A DNA stretch of 64,000 nt from Trichoplax adhaerens (Eukaryota > Animalia > Placozoa): contig NW_002060953.1 in NCBI RefSeq assembly GCF_000150275.1, forward strand, positions 1,973,429-2,037,428. Direction: 5' to 3'. How positions within the stretch are numbered: position 1 is the first letter of the stretch; every line of letters starts with the position of its first letter. The translations under genes were made by a program, and so were the position numbers. The notes beneath the pieces were generated by a model that saw only the letters and a list, made by a program, of their open reading frames with translations, was not told the DNA's origin and did not search any database. Below, piece after piece: positions 26,496 through 40,239 of this stretch.

Positions 26496-27629
26496 ATAAA
26501 TGCGGTTGGATTGTAAAATAAAAGGAAATTTTCGCTGCAGATCGTTTACGAGTGTATTATTGAGTTGCAACAGCTAGGCTATTACTGAGACCCACGTTCA
26601 CTTTTGGATTGTTACGTTGCAGAGTAACAAAAGGTAACACCATCTATGTACAATATTACTGCTTGAGGTTAATTGCATGAGTGGATTATGACTTCTTCAA
26701 GATTTGTGTGTATATACTTGCGTAGTATCATTAAGGCTGTCCACCAGATAGGTACGAGGTTAATTGCAGTCGCATTTTGTCATTAGTATATTATTAGTAT
26801 CTACGATTATAATTTGACTTACGAGTAACACATTTATAGCATTTTTGCTATTCATTAAGTTATTGTAAAGCACACGCGTAAATGATATTGAACATGATAA
26901 ACCCACACTATCAACATTAGCGCACGCAATTACAAGTATAGAAATAGGAACAAAAATATGTAAAATAAATGCTACATTCTTGATTATGAACGCACATGTA
27001 ATGTCGTAAGAATCGAGAAAAATGCCCTATTTTATTTACTGCAAAGTAAAACATGAATTCCTCAATAATACAAACTAGTCCTTGATATAATTCATCTAAA
27101 TTACTGTTAAGCCAGTTCGATATAAAATTCTCATATAGAAAAAAAATTTTAATTTACAGATTACAACGTCAGAATAAAAAATTACAGTAAGCTAGCTGGT
27201 TGCTTAATGTCAACAACGACAACTTAAAGGATCACAGAAATTTCTAAAATTACTGCAATAATTTGTACCTTTATACTTATTACTGGACATAATTCAGTAT
27301 CGACATGGTGGTAATGATAAATCTCAAAAGTTGATGTTGTTAAATTAAAAATTATCACATCGCAAAAATCAAAGGTTACCATAAGCGTAGTATGTACTGT
27401 ATTCTATACTGTACGTGTATAACACAATCGTCAAGACTTGTTGTACATCAAGCTATTCCGTTTTGTCGTAATTAATTAATAACTATTTATAAAATGACCT
27501 CGTTACGAGATATACAAATGTAATTCTAAAAAACTTCAGCATGATTGGATATACTCTGTACAACCATACGCGTATGTAATAAGATCAGTAAAGCAACTCA
27601 GAATGCTTTAATTTCTGCATAAGCCGGTT

Positions 27630-29961
27630 CTATCCATGGGATGGGTGGCCACCAGTTGCAATAGAAAGTATACCCATTATAACAGATTCATCCCCTAGAA
27701 TTCCCATATGACTTACACCTGGAAACGATCTTACAGACACGGGTTTTGTTTGTTGCTTTTTCCAATTCTGGCACACCTATGTTTTTAAATTTATCCATGA
27801 GCAGGAATACTGAGTTATAAAACATCCATATTTTATCCTATAATATATTTAAGCTACCTGCAAACTACGTAAGGGTACTGTTCCATCACCATCAGTGTGG
27901 GTAATGTCAGGTTGCTTTTCAAAATTATCATCCTTGTAATAGAAGCTATTCGGTGTAGGAACGTTTATGCCTATTACAAAAACGAACACGAAAAAAAGTA
28001 AAGGATAGCAAATAACTGATGTATAAAAGGATATAAGAATCTTTTAAACAGGTCTTCAAAGCTTATGAAATGTTAAATATACCATGCCAGCAGTACACCG
28101 TGACATTCGGAGCATGTAAAGTTGATAAGTTTCTAGTATTGTGCCACATTTCCGTTATGTTCTGAATATTAGCACAAATTAGGTAAAACAGTAAAATGAT
28201 GACGTTTTGCAATGACTTTGAAACAATAAAGGAGAATTATTTTGCATATCGTTCCACTAAAGTCTTACTATCAATACTTACATGCAGTTTCAAACGAGAG
28301 AATATTTCACCAAAATCTTCAGCGGTATAATTTTTCTTCTTCGTCCGAACAAACGGATAATCTTTCCAAAATTTTCTATTCGGTAGTAACCATGCAGAAC
28401 TTCCTATAATCCATAACACAACTTAGGTAAAATATGATCATGCAGCAATAGGATTGCATCAAGATTGCATTTTACCATAAGTTCGAATAACCGATCTAAT
28501 AACATCAAAGTTGACGACCGGAGGTAAGACACCGCCGCTGGGAGAAATCTATAAATAAAAATAATGAATGCACGAATCTGAGTTAGCATATTTTTCTAGG
28601 AATTCCATATTTCCATTTCCCTTCAAAACTAGTATTACGCACCACACTATAAATCACTTGGCCAGCGCCAGCGTAAACACCAGATAATGATATATGCGCT
28701 TTAACGTATTTATCTTTCCATTTCTGATCCACGTAAGTATTTAGAAATAAGTTGAACATTGCGTTTCCTATGTCGTAAAGTAATAGGTAATCAAGTTTAT
28801 GAGTCTTTATAACTATTTTTTATAAGGAAGATGTTATGCCTTACCCATGCTTTCGCCAACACAAACAACAGGTATGTTACTGTTGTTGGAATAAGCTTGT
28901 TCAATTGCAAGCTTTAGGTAATGAAAAACTCCGTTCTTTAAGTAGTAAGCATCAGCTCCTATACGCCAGTCAAACTGCAATATTTTAAAATGCATCAATG
29001 ATTACATAAAATAAATACTGCAATTCGTTTCAAAACGAATTTTATCACCTTTGCGATATTGTTATGCCTTACTAAGAAACTAAATTCCTTGCATACACAC
29101 ATATACCAGTACGCTTACTTACCGGGAATGCGATTATATTTTTGTCTTTGGTATAGCCAGTAAAAACTAATGAATCAATAATAGCGCCATACTCCATGCT
29201 GACACCTCTCAAGCCAAATTGTGGATCAATGAAGCGTATGTGCTTTGTTCCATTACGAACTCTAATCTTGATACCTAATTCAGATTGATACAGTAACAAA
29301 TGGAGTGAAAAGATATCCCAAATAACTACGTATAACTAAATGTTGTAATGGAGCGATAGCTTTTACTTCAATTTTACGAGATAAGAAATTAAATGAAGAA
29401 CGATAGGAAAGATGATCTCCTAACTGTATATTATACCTTCATGGGCAGGTGAATAAACATGATTTTTGCTATCATATTTTAATTGCATAATATTTTCCCT
29501 ATGAAGGAATTGATACAATCCAATCAATTACTCTAGTAATACAGTACACAGTATAGCATAAACACATATCGATATTAGACGTAAACTAACCAGCATCTTA
29601 TGACAAATGGGAGTAAAAAATCAACATTTAGCCAAACTAATTCCCAATCGGTTTTTTTGTCACAAAACCAATACGGTGCCGTTGTTCTATTGAGTTTAGC
29701 TTCTAACTGTGCTCCACCTAGGGCTATGTTAAGAGTGAAATAAACTTAATATCAATTTTTCAAGGTGAACATATCACAGTATTACACTTAAATGTAGCGC
29801 AAATTTTACTCATACAGCAATCTCTATAGTATGATCAGTTACGCTTGGATAGTTGTAGTACATACCTGTAATCAATACCACTGGATGCATAACATTAGTA
29901 CCGTTGGCTTTGATTTCTTTAGCAAATTGACTGACTTTATCCCGATTGAAATTGGACTTGC
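27630..29961 (-). CDS. Group XV phospholipase A2 / LCAT-family, paralog B (5' exons not resolved; probably extend towards 31100)
   Basis: Spliced: HPVVLITALGGAQLEAKLNRTTAPYWFCDKKTDWELVWLNVDFLLPFVIRCWENIMQLKYD...NIIAFPFDWRIGA...PVVCVGESMG...WKDKYVKAHISL...LHAPNVTVYCWHGINVPTP...DGDGTVPLRSLQVC...GVSHMGILGDESV...ATGGHPSHG*. Intron positions match paralog A. ORF 30857-31114 (MRKIVLFVFYTVL...) is a candidate first exon. Confidence 0.92.
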
Positions 29962-31904
29962 TATAAAATCTAATTATTATCGGTACCGATTAGTTTTTTA
30001 AGTTTATAGAAGGCAGGTGTCATGAGTTGTCAGTGAGGTAATGTACTGTATTTTATGTTAGGATAGAAGTGAAGAATACAATAGTATCGTTCTTTTGCTT
30101 GTGCAGGAGTTGCCAAAGAATTGCTGTACATTGCCACTATTTTTATGCATAACGTTGGCATATTAGTCAAGATACTATGAGCTCATTTCAACAAATTAGT
30201 GTAATCAAAGATGACAGTCAATGGACGTTAATATGGATCTAAGTCGCTACTGTACCATTGAAAGCCATCGTATGGCGTAAGCTTAAGATGACAGTGTTAA
30301 ACAGTAGTATTTACGTAGTGTCTTACATTATGAATTAAGGTAGGCTGACATATATTAACAGTAGAAACCGTTGGACATGATGCAGTATACAGTATGAACA
30401 TCTCAATCCAATAGTACAGTATCATTCATATCCAAAACAGTTTATAAGGATAATTTAAAGGTATAAAGAGGAACTAAAGCTGCTGGATATTGATCCCTCG
30501 CTGTTAGTACTAGAATAAATCAATTGATCTAGGATACGATGGTATGATATCCTAGAGGATCCACGGAATCAGTCCAGACAATTCCAACAAGATTAAGAAC
30601 TCAATCATTGAGGATTTAATGCGAAATCCAATTATGTTTTTGATGACAACCATCAGATATTGTAGTTCAGAAGAATTTTTAAGCAAAAGACTGAAATTGC
30701 TGGATATTGAATGTGACGATTATTCTTTGAAAAGAAAAATGGCAACAAGAACTGGAATAGCTAGACAAGTTCAGACATCAACATGGCTAACAGGAATGAT
30801 ATGGAACATTATAATACAAACGGGGTACAACAGAATACAGTAACGTCGATAACAATCTACTTTAGCGCGATCACCACTGATCTAACCTGTGAAATTCTTT
30901 TGCCATAGACTGGTATTTTTCTTGAGAATAAAACTGTTTCCAATTCAATGCATGAACAGTTGATGGACCTACCACTGTCCATACCATAAAAAAGTAAATA
31001 CAGATCTTGACTCCTATCAATGACGCCATGATGCCACAAATTGGTTGAAGTCAGCAGCGTTGTTGGACTGTTGTACAACACCGTATAAAAAACGAACAAG
31101 ACAATTTTTCTCATCAGTGCTTATTTTGAATAATATGGCAACGATCGCTGCGCTATTCAATGATCGATCCATCAATAAGAAAGCAAAGATTGCCTAGGAT
31201 GCTAGAAATCAATGGATTATTTTGTGTTCTAGTATGTGTCATAAATGACTGCAAATCATGGATAGAGAGTAAACTATTGCAGTGAAGGCGATTCAATCGT
31301 ACGTTGTCGTAAACTGATTGCAATAGCCGACGTCGAAGGAGCATCCAGAGTTTTTAGCCTACTGTATTATTATTAGCCATTGTTGTTATTTTTATCAATG
31401 CATGTTCGATCAATACTTAGGATAGATAATCTATGATCAACCAACCTTAGATAAATCAATGTTATATGGATAAAGAAGAGCAAGTACGCGCCAAGAATTA
31501 ATCTTGATTTGGTGGCGATCCAGTGATTTGCGTTAATACTGTCGATGATGAATTATTCAATGGATCACTTCATCATTTACAGGCCAAGTCAAGATGGATT
31601 ACACTTGCGTGAAGGCCAACAACGCAAGAAACACTATTTTGATGGATTTCTTGGTCGATTGATATCACCGTAACAAAGCTAAGAGATCAAGTAGGGAATG
31701 ATCAAGGGAAAGACAGTGTCAATGAATGATCCAATCCAAGATGGAGGCGATGAATTTTCAACTCTTTCTCCGATGCTTCTTTGACTATCTATGTGCTCGC
31801 AAAGACGATTAAGCTTGAAAGTTGTCAACGTCAACAAGAAATCATGGCCGGCAGGCGGAAGGACACACCAGTATCAACGCGACCCGCGATGACTGTGTAA
31901 CAGC

Positions 31905-31962
31905 ATCGTGTGACGTCTGGAGTCAAGTCCAATGAGGCGATTGGCAGCTTGACGTCGTACGA
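31905..31962. promoter_or_regulatory. Candidate promoter module: two TGACGTC (CRE-like) sites bracketing two opposed CCAAT boxes
   Basis: TGACGTC 31911-31917, CCAAT 31929-31933, ATTGG 31940-31944, TGACGTC 31950-31956, in a locally CpG-rich stretch between the divergent PLA2-B and CDC16 genes. Confidence 0.4.
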
Positions 31963-32054
31963 TCTCGTATGATGCTTTCAGTTGATAGGTTTTGACCGCT
32001 TGTGACAGACACGCGGACGTGCGGACGCTCTTGTCAGAATCCAGTTCAATCACT

Positions 32055-32520
32055 TTACTGTACTGTACAGTGTACTGTACAGTACAGTAGATTAGATTAC
32101 AATACAGTACAGTACAGTACTGTACTGTACAGTACTATGGATTCATCCGCGTACTGTACTCAACACTACAGTACAGTACTGTACACTGTACAGTTCCATT
32201 CAAATGATACCAAATTTGTCTAATAAGGACTTGAAACTATAATTTCATATATTTCAAACAGTGGGAAAGGCTTATGAGTTATGACTGACACCCCTTACAC
32301 TGTACACTGTACAGTGTACAGTACAGTACAGTACAGTACCATACAGTGCATGTACTGTAGGCTAACCCTGAACTAGTCTGTTGCACAGTACAGTACAGTA
32401 CAGTACTGCACCTTACAGTGCATGTACTGTATGCTAACCCTGAACAAGTCTGTTGCACAGTACAGTACTGTACCTTACAGTGCATGTACTGTAGGCTAAC
32501 CCTCAACAAGTCTGTTGCAC
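32055..32520. repeat. (CAGTA)n/(TACTG)n pentamer arrays plus three ~60-70 bp minisatellite units
   Basis: Head-to-head CAGTA/TACTG runs at 32055-32195 and 32298-32345. Unit ACAGTGCATGTACTGTA(G/T)GCTAACCCT(G/C)AAC(T/A)AGTCTGTTGCAC occurs three times in 32343-32520, separated by variable (CAGTA)n. Confidence 0.92.
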
Positions 32521-32825
32521 GGAGCCACGGACTACTGCAGTACATGAACCTAGACTTATCACTCTCGGATGGACAGACACTGTTGGCCTCACTTCCTCAA
32601 AATAGGGTACCAAACACCTCGATAGGACACTACTTTAGTATGGAACCGATCGATTTGAAATTGACTCATTTTTTTCTAAATTAAGTAGTATTGCATTGAA
32701 TATCAGCATCGAAAACTAAAGCTCTTCATGGAATCAGCCAGATCAGATCGTCCATGTTATTGAAATGAATACCAGGGATTCAGAATACAGACGCGGAAGC
32801 TCCATACTAAGTAAGCATTTTTCGA

Positions 32826-33044
32826 GATTGACGGCCCTCATCGGGTAAGAATAGTCCGTCTGTCTGAAGGAATGATCAGCCCAGGGCAGGATGGTGTTGG
32901 TCTTCTTCTAGTATTGAACAGAGTACGGTATGATTGACTGCCCTCATCGGGTAAGAATAGTCCGTCTGTCTGAGGGAATGATCAGCCCAGGGCAGGATGG
33001 TCTTGGTCTTCTTCTAGTACTGAACAGAGTACGGTACGGTACGG
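32826..33044. repeat. Near-perfect tandem duplication, 106-bp unit x2
   Basis: GATTGAC.GCCCTCATCGGGTAAGAATAGTCCGTCTGTCTGA.GGAATGATCAGCCCAGGGCAGGATGG...GAACAGAGTACGGTA starting at 32826 and 32932; ends in (GTACG)3. Confidence 0.93.
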
Positions 33045-33469
33045 TCGAGAGACTAGTTGTTACCCAGGCAGAACTGAAAGTTGTAGGAAAGAGTATGGAC
33101 TGCGAAGTGAAACTGCCAGTCAAAGTAGGATGGTCGAGCAAGCATTCAAATTTGAGCGGTTAGACTGAAGACTACATCAAACTGCTCGCCTAGCGCTGCA
33201 TGAATGGAGAACAGCCTTCGTCATTAGCAACAAGTTATCAAGGTATTTGATCCAACCTGGTTTATTTTTCAATAGGAGAGATGCGTTAATAAATTGTTCG
33301 ACTTGCTCTTTTATCTCACCTTATTCATTGATCATCGCTTAGTTCGGAATTCCTCCACTAGAAGCACGATAGTCGACTAGACATTCCAACAACAATCGCC
33401 CAAAATCGCATTGGTAATAAGAGTAATTCAAAGTCAACCTGCAGCAGCGTCAGCGGTTATCTTGTAACC

Positions 33470-36400
33470 ATGGATATTAGTCTTCTACGCCAACGTATGC
33501 ATGATTTTATTGACAAAGTAAGTAGGAAGAAGAGAAAGTGTCAATAATTTCGATCTATGATCATGAATTTAAGATCATTGGATTAAAAATCATCGACAAG
33601 CAATAGATTGCTTTAATCATCCAATTCTTGCTCTCTAGGGAAGCTACAGCACAGCTTTATTTTGGGCAAACAAGTGCCTTTGCTTATCCAAGGGTAAGTT
33701 AAATAAGATAAACCAATTCAACATGTTGTATAAGCTTAGTTGTGCTACCAATACTATCAGTGCTATGATCTTACTACCTACGATATGCTAAACATGGTGG
33801 ATAATTCTTCATTCATGCTTATGATTGTATCCTTCTTGTAAATTGAAATCAACCACACTAATCTTAGGACAAATTCGTGATTATTATTGGCTCCTTCATA
33901 TCCATGCCATGAATGGACATCACCGACGTGCTATCCAAATTATCCAAAATAAAAATTTAACCGAGGTCTGCTTTATCATTTCACTTTTTCATGTAGATTG
34001 TCTTTGTTAGACGACAAGAGTACATTTTGCCTTCAATTGTACTGAAAATCAGTCAATTCAACCGTAATTTTTTCCAATGCTAATACATGAATGATGCGAA
34101 TAGCATTGACTGGCGAACAAATATCATGCACAATAAATGTCAAGTTAATGTTGTTATGATAGATAGACACTCTTTTAATTTCCTATTTCCAACCTTAGGC
34201 TCACCTCATCTTTGTTTATTTCATGGCCAAGTGTTATGTAAGTATACAATAAGAGAGAAATTTAGAAATAATAAATCTTGATACGTACAAGTAAGTTGTA
34301 CAATGGTGCTAAAATGAATGGGACATTAAACCTTATTGACTTGCTCACAAATACGAGTTGGCTACTGTAGCAGTTGCCCTATCCGGAAGAATCGATCATT
34401 GATAGAGTAAACTAGTTCAACAAATCGACTGTCAATGGGATTGATCTTTAGCACCCTTGTTGTAGTCTTTGCCTTCTAGTACAATTTCTACTCCAATAGT
34501 ATCACTTTCATCAAGGCGATAATTCTCTAACGTTAACATTCCACTTCTTTTGTCGCTGTCTCATAGGCTGAACGTAAGGAATGGTTGGAAGCGTTGCGAA
34601 TCATTGAAAAAATGAACGAAGGTTATTCACTAATAATTAATACCATGTTTAAACTGTGCAAACATTTATTGGGATATCAACTATAAATTTATTGTAGGAG
34701 TGTTGGTAATTTAAATCTTTCCCTTCACAAATTTTGCGTTTCATTATATTCAGAATGGTTGAATTGTCAACTTATTCATAAACTAACATTTTGTCCTTGC
34801 TATAGGTGGTAATTGTGAACCGTCTGATGAAGATATCACTGGCGTACCTACGACGAAAGTAAGTCTTGATGGCATGATTTGAACATCATTTTACTGATAG
34901 AAAAATTTTAGTGTGCAAAGACAAGATTGATAAAAGTCTCATACAGTAATAGCATACCTGAATAATTCATTAGGTACGCAGTTGTCTTTACCTGTTGTGC
35001 GGCAAAATATATGAAGCAGTCAATAATATATCAATGGCAAAGGCGTGCTACAAACAAGCTCTAGAATTTGACCTCTATTGTAGCGAGGTACCCCTTACCA
35101 AGAGTTAGAAAATCAATATCAATCTGTCGATTACAATTTTAACTACTGTACTTACTATACCTTTAGGCAATGGACCTTTTAATAAATCAACACATGTTAT
35201 CGGTAGATGAAGGTTTGACTTCTTATTGCATTCGTTAATCAGATAAGCAATTTTTAAATTGTCCAAATTCGATCAATATCAATGTCAGCTCTAATTCGTT
35301 GCAGAAGTACAGCTGTTGGATAGCCTCTCTAATTGTCAGCAATGTAGCGACGCTGAACGACAATTCATTTTACAAATGTATAGGAGAAAAACTGCAAAGG
35401 TGCCAGTCAATAGATGACCAATAATGTTAGCGATAGCTTTAATAATAGTTATTTCATTAAAATATATTAGCAAGAAAGTGTTGAATCGAAATTGAGCAAC
35501 GGTGCGGAAATTTTTTCCCATGACACGGTAAGTATCAGTGCCAGAGTTAAGATGTTATGGTAATAGTGTCTCAACATTAATTTCGAGATATAAAGTTACC
35601 AACAATTCCAATTTTTGCATGGATTGGGACAAATAGGATAGTCTACTTGATTTAGCGAAACGACATTGTCTTCGAACCGACTATGATGCCAGCTATAAGA
35701 TAACATCAACGTAAGCTAATTCAATATAATAGGGACGGAAATCTGCAATGGATACATTTAACATACGCGTAAAAGCAAATTCAATTTTGTAGATTAATGT
35801 GCATATTATTATTAATAGGATTTTAGAGGAAGATCCTTACCATGAAGAATGCATTCCATTCCATGTTATATGTTTAATCGAACTGAAAAAAACAAATGGC
35901 AAGCAATCCATAAGAATTACCTTATACGCGATTTTGATGGCAATAATTATGTTATTTAATCCTATTTCCTTAATACTATTCAAATTTTTAGAACTGTTTC
36001 AGTTAAGCCATGTCTTCGTTAATAATTATCCAGCATCTCCGGTAATAACTCTATTCTAGCATTACTGCCTGACGCTCAGCAAGCATAATAACTTTAACTG
36101 AATTAAAATATTGATATCCTTCTTAGATTGCATGGTATACGGTTGGATGTTACTATTTGTTAGTGGAAAATTATGCCCAAGCTAGGGTTCACTTCAAGTT
36201 GGTCTCACCGCTTTATATTCATGCTTGAATAGATGAATTTTACATTCCCTAAAATATCGTCGTTTTTTTGCAGTAAAGCCATATCACTTAGAAGCAGTTT
36301 CGGATTGGCATGGCTAGGCTTTGCACATTCTTTCGCTGCAGAAGTAATTGTTCGGTTTATTCAAAAATATTGTTTTAGTGTATTGTATTGAAATGTAGAA

Positions 36401-37699
36401 TTTTTTTTTAACCTAGGCAGAACACGATCGCGCTATGGCTGCTTATAGTACAGCTTCAAACTGCATGCCAGGGTTAGATTGCAAACTGATTTAACTTGGT
36501 TACATTGGTAAGGTGGCAATATTTATGATTGAAAACTTATCGCTTCTGTTGCCTTAGGAGTCATATGCCTTTGGTATACATTGGTAAGGAATACGCACTA
36601 TCGAATAACTACAGAATTGCAGCTAATTTCTTCGCCAAAGGTATTAACTCATAATTAATTATAGGATTAAAATCTACCTCATAACTAATTGTACGAGAAT
36701 AAAGTTTTTTGTCTAAACTATCCGCCTGCTAGCTCTACAAATTGCTCCAGATAATCCTTACGCCGAACATGAAATTGGAAGTGCAGCCTTTAATAATGGA
36801 GAGTAAGTTTCTAAGCTTCTAAATGGATCTTTTGCCGTTAGTTAAAATTTTGAAACCTTTTGTATTTTTATTATAGTTACATCACGGCAAAGAAACATTA
36901 TTTATTAGCTTTAAAAGTATTTGAAAGTGATGATAACAAGGTTAGCGTTGTAGTTTCTGGATATACTGTACATTTTTAAGAATACTGTAATGTTGCAATC
37001 TTCCATTCGAATATATTTGTCTTTGGTTGATTGGCAATGATTGTAGTCGTTACCGGAAGCTTGGGAACCTCTGTTAAATAATCTTGGTCATACTTGCCGA
37101 AAACTAGAGTAAGCTGTGGGCCAATTTCAGATATTTCAAGTAACAATAGGCAATTTATTTTTAATGGATACATGTTTCTCTTGTACATGAATATAGAGAA
37201 TATGAGTTGGCATTAAAGTACCATAATTTAGCTCTTAAACTTTCACCTCGGAACTTTTCAACACTTACCGCTATTGGATTTACTTATAGTCTTATGGAGA
37301 AGCATGCGATTGCCTTAGGATATTACGATAAAGTATTGTGCAACTGCGCGTGACTTTTAATTTTTGTGTAACTTTAGAGAAAAATAACTATTGTTTGCTT
37401 GCAACTTACATTTAAAATAGGCAATTTCATTGAAAAAGGATGACACTTTTACTTTACAAATGATTAATAATACCATGGAGATACTAGCAAATATTAGTAC
37501 AGTAGCCAAAGGCAAGTTCTGTTATGATTGCGATATGGATTAGATTTTATTTTATCTGCGGTTATAGAGTCCTTTTAAATATTGGCTGCTTATTAAATTT
37601 TTGATAGATCTTCCAGTTGCCGAAACTCCAACTCCAAAACTGAAAATAGCTGCAGACTTGGACAGTATTGGAGATAGCAATATGAGCGTTGACGATTAA
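33470..37699 (+). CDS. CDC16: Anaphase-promoting complex subunit 6 (cell division cycle 16 homolog), TPR protein
   Basis: Many short exons: MDISLLRQRMHDFIDK/GSYSTALFWANKCLCLSK/...DYYWLLHIHAMNGHHRRAI.../CYKQALEFDLYCSE/ILEEDPYHEECIPFHVICLIEL/ELFQLSHVFVNNYPASP/IAWYTVGCYYL/FGLAWLGFAHSFAAE/AEHDRAMAAYSTA/WEPLLNNLGHTCRKL/...SNMSVDD*. These match APC6 motifs (ALFWA.K, W.AVGCYY, EHD.AMAAY.TA, WEPLLNNLGH.CRKL). Confidence 0.95.
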
Positions 37700-40239
37700 A
37701 CTTTAGCGTAACGCTTTCGTATACAGAAACGTCATTGCTTGTTTCTATTTACTTCCACAGTGACTTTAGCATAATCGTGAGACGTTATTTTAGCTATAAA
37801 TTTTAATGTAAATAGTTACGTGAGTAATAGTTGCTTTACTGTATGAAAATAAAACTAAAGACAATTGTGTTCTTAATGACTGGAAAATTTGGGAGTAAAC
37901 AACAATTGTGCGGTTGGTTTGTGATAATATCTAACTTGATGGATTTATTATTAGTCTTGATTCGTTTGTATAAAATGGTATACAAGATAACGCCTGAAAA
38001 TGTAAGCATTGCAAATGTAAAGGTAATCGCGTTCGTATCATGCAAAAATACTACTGGCGTAAAAGTCAGTAATTTCTAGTTTGAGTATTAAAGGCCATAA
38101 TTTGTAAAATAGTAGCTTAATCATGCAGAAGCGAATTTGAAGTTGATGATGGAATGGAATAGCATCATTGATATAACCGAGGCGGGTTCGATCAATAACT
38201 AATGTATTGGTATTTTTACTTGGGCATTCTACAACCTACTATTTGCGTACATATTTCGTGCTCAAGTTGTAATTGTTGGTCATTTATAAAGATGAGTGTA
38301 AAAAGATTGGTTCATTTTGTGATCATACCTAATTGCTTATTCAACGACTGATTGACAATATAAGTCAACGTTTGCCGGAGATACTACTAAAGCAAGTAGT
38401 TTATTGTCCGCATTTATTGAAGTTAGAATACTCCATTAACAAATAAAATGGCTTTGACCACGTTTATAATAAGATTGCATTCAAATATATTAGAAAATTC
38501 TTTGAAAATTAGGACAATGGTATACGAAATATGGATATACTAAAATTGAATTTGAGTGTACAATGCTTGCACTATGTCTGAAATCATGTTTCACTTTCAA
38601 GTAGCATTTTACTATTCTAGGATTTAATGTATCCGCATATCCATTATTTACAGTAAATAAGATTAGAGAATGCCTCCTGATAGTTTCAACGACAAATATC
38701 ATACGTCTTAAATTTTCTTTATTGGAGAAAACAAGGGAAGTAGAGTGTAGGGCAGTAACTACCCTTGCGTACTAAAATCGATAAAATGCTTAATATTTCC
38801 TATCTTTTCTGGAAGGAATAAAACTGAAGTCATGCTACAGATCATTTTCTTATGCCGATTAAGACATCGGCGTTATTGTATTACAATGATATATGACATT
38901 ACAGACTAGGAAAATGGCGTTAACTACGGAGTATCTTCGAATTTAATATACCGGTATACTTGAAATCGAACATGAAGGATTTTACAATAGAAAGTAACAT
39001 TGAGTTTAAAGATATTCGTACATATCAATGATAAATTAGTTATTTCCTTACTGAAGTTTATTGTCTCATTAGATGCTAAACTGCTCATCCATGCTGTAAG
39101 GGATAGTAAACTGCCTACGATTAGAGAACGATGTAATGATGGAAATCCAGTAACATGATTACAGTGGCTTTTTCGAACTTATTTCTATTTCTTCATTTAC
39201 CCTAAAATCCATATAGAACGCGATCATGTCATCAACTTTAATCCCCTATCTTCTACCGCAAACGCCGCGAACGCCCAATAGGTGTTGTAAACGATCGCAA
39301 TAGTACATAGGGTAGCGTTTGTTGTTTTGACTTTAGTACTTTCATAACCATATCAATCCTGTAATAATTAACAACTTAATTTAGCGGTCAAAGTTTAATT
39401 TGCCATACATCGTATTAAGCAAGCATCAGCACTTATTAACGCCTGTATAGTTAGAGTTCCAGAAAAATTCCTTCTTGCAATGAAGTTTCACGGAAATGCT
39501 GGGCTCCATTCCCTGGGAGTTTTACTGCACTTATTTAGTTTATTAATTGTTCGGATCAAACTGCATAACCAAGACCTTGCTCATGTCTTCAGAGTTTACT
39601 TATAGAGCCTTAACTCGATGAAATAGGACAAAAAAACTATCAGTCTAATCCCTCCCGCCCTACCTTTAATGCAGAGTGAGGGACTTTATAACTAGAATTC
39701 TTCTTCTAATAATAATATTAGTAGCATGACTAATCAAAATATAAACCTAATTAACATACAATCCTTCCCTATTTATGAGCATCCGATTATTAGACTACGG
39801 AAATGACTTTCCCAAGAATTTATCTTTTTTTCCCCTGCTATTTCATTTTACGTGGTGGATTTATCAAAGGTACTGTAATAAATATAATACAACGACAATT
39901 AATGGAAAAACCTCGAATGAAAATCCTCATACAATTTACTTGATTTCCAAACATTCTGGATGAGGATTGTTAGTATCAAGCTACAACAAGATTGCATCAA
40001 TCATAACTAATTGTCTTACTTAGAAGGATTTTAAAGAATGAATTGCCAACATGATTAAATTAGACTAGAATTTGGTATAACATGGACGAGTAATTGAAGT
40101 ATTTTTAAATGTGATATTGCAGTCTAAAGTTGAAGCTCAATATTTTATCTGGAATAAATCGATGTGCATTATATTATTATGATATTTCACAAATATAGCA
40201 TCATTTAAAAGGCATCAATCATAATCTGTTTATGGAAGA

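Noticed and set aside
32002-33163. Cys/Tyr/Thr/Val-rich ORFs and a CRISPR-like look of the repeat units
   Set aside because: The ORFs are translations of CAGTA repeats. The spacers are pentamer runs rather than unique sequences, the context is eukaryotic and no cas genes are present.
37831-39963. Short ORFs downstream of CDC16
   Set aside because: No splice-consistent structure or recognisable motifs; typical chance ORFs in AT-rich DNA.
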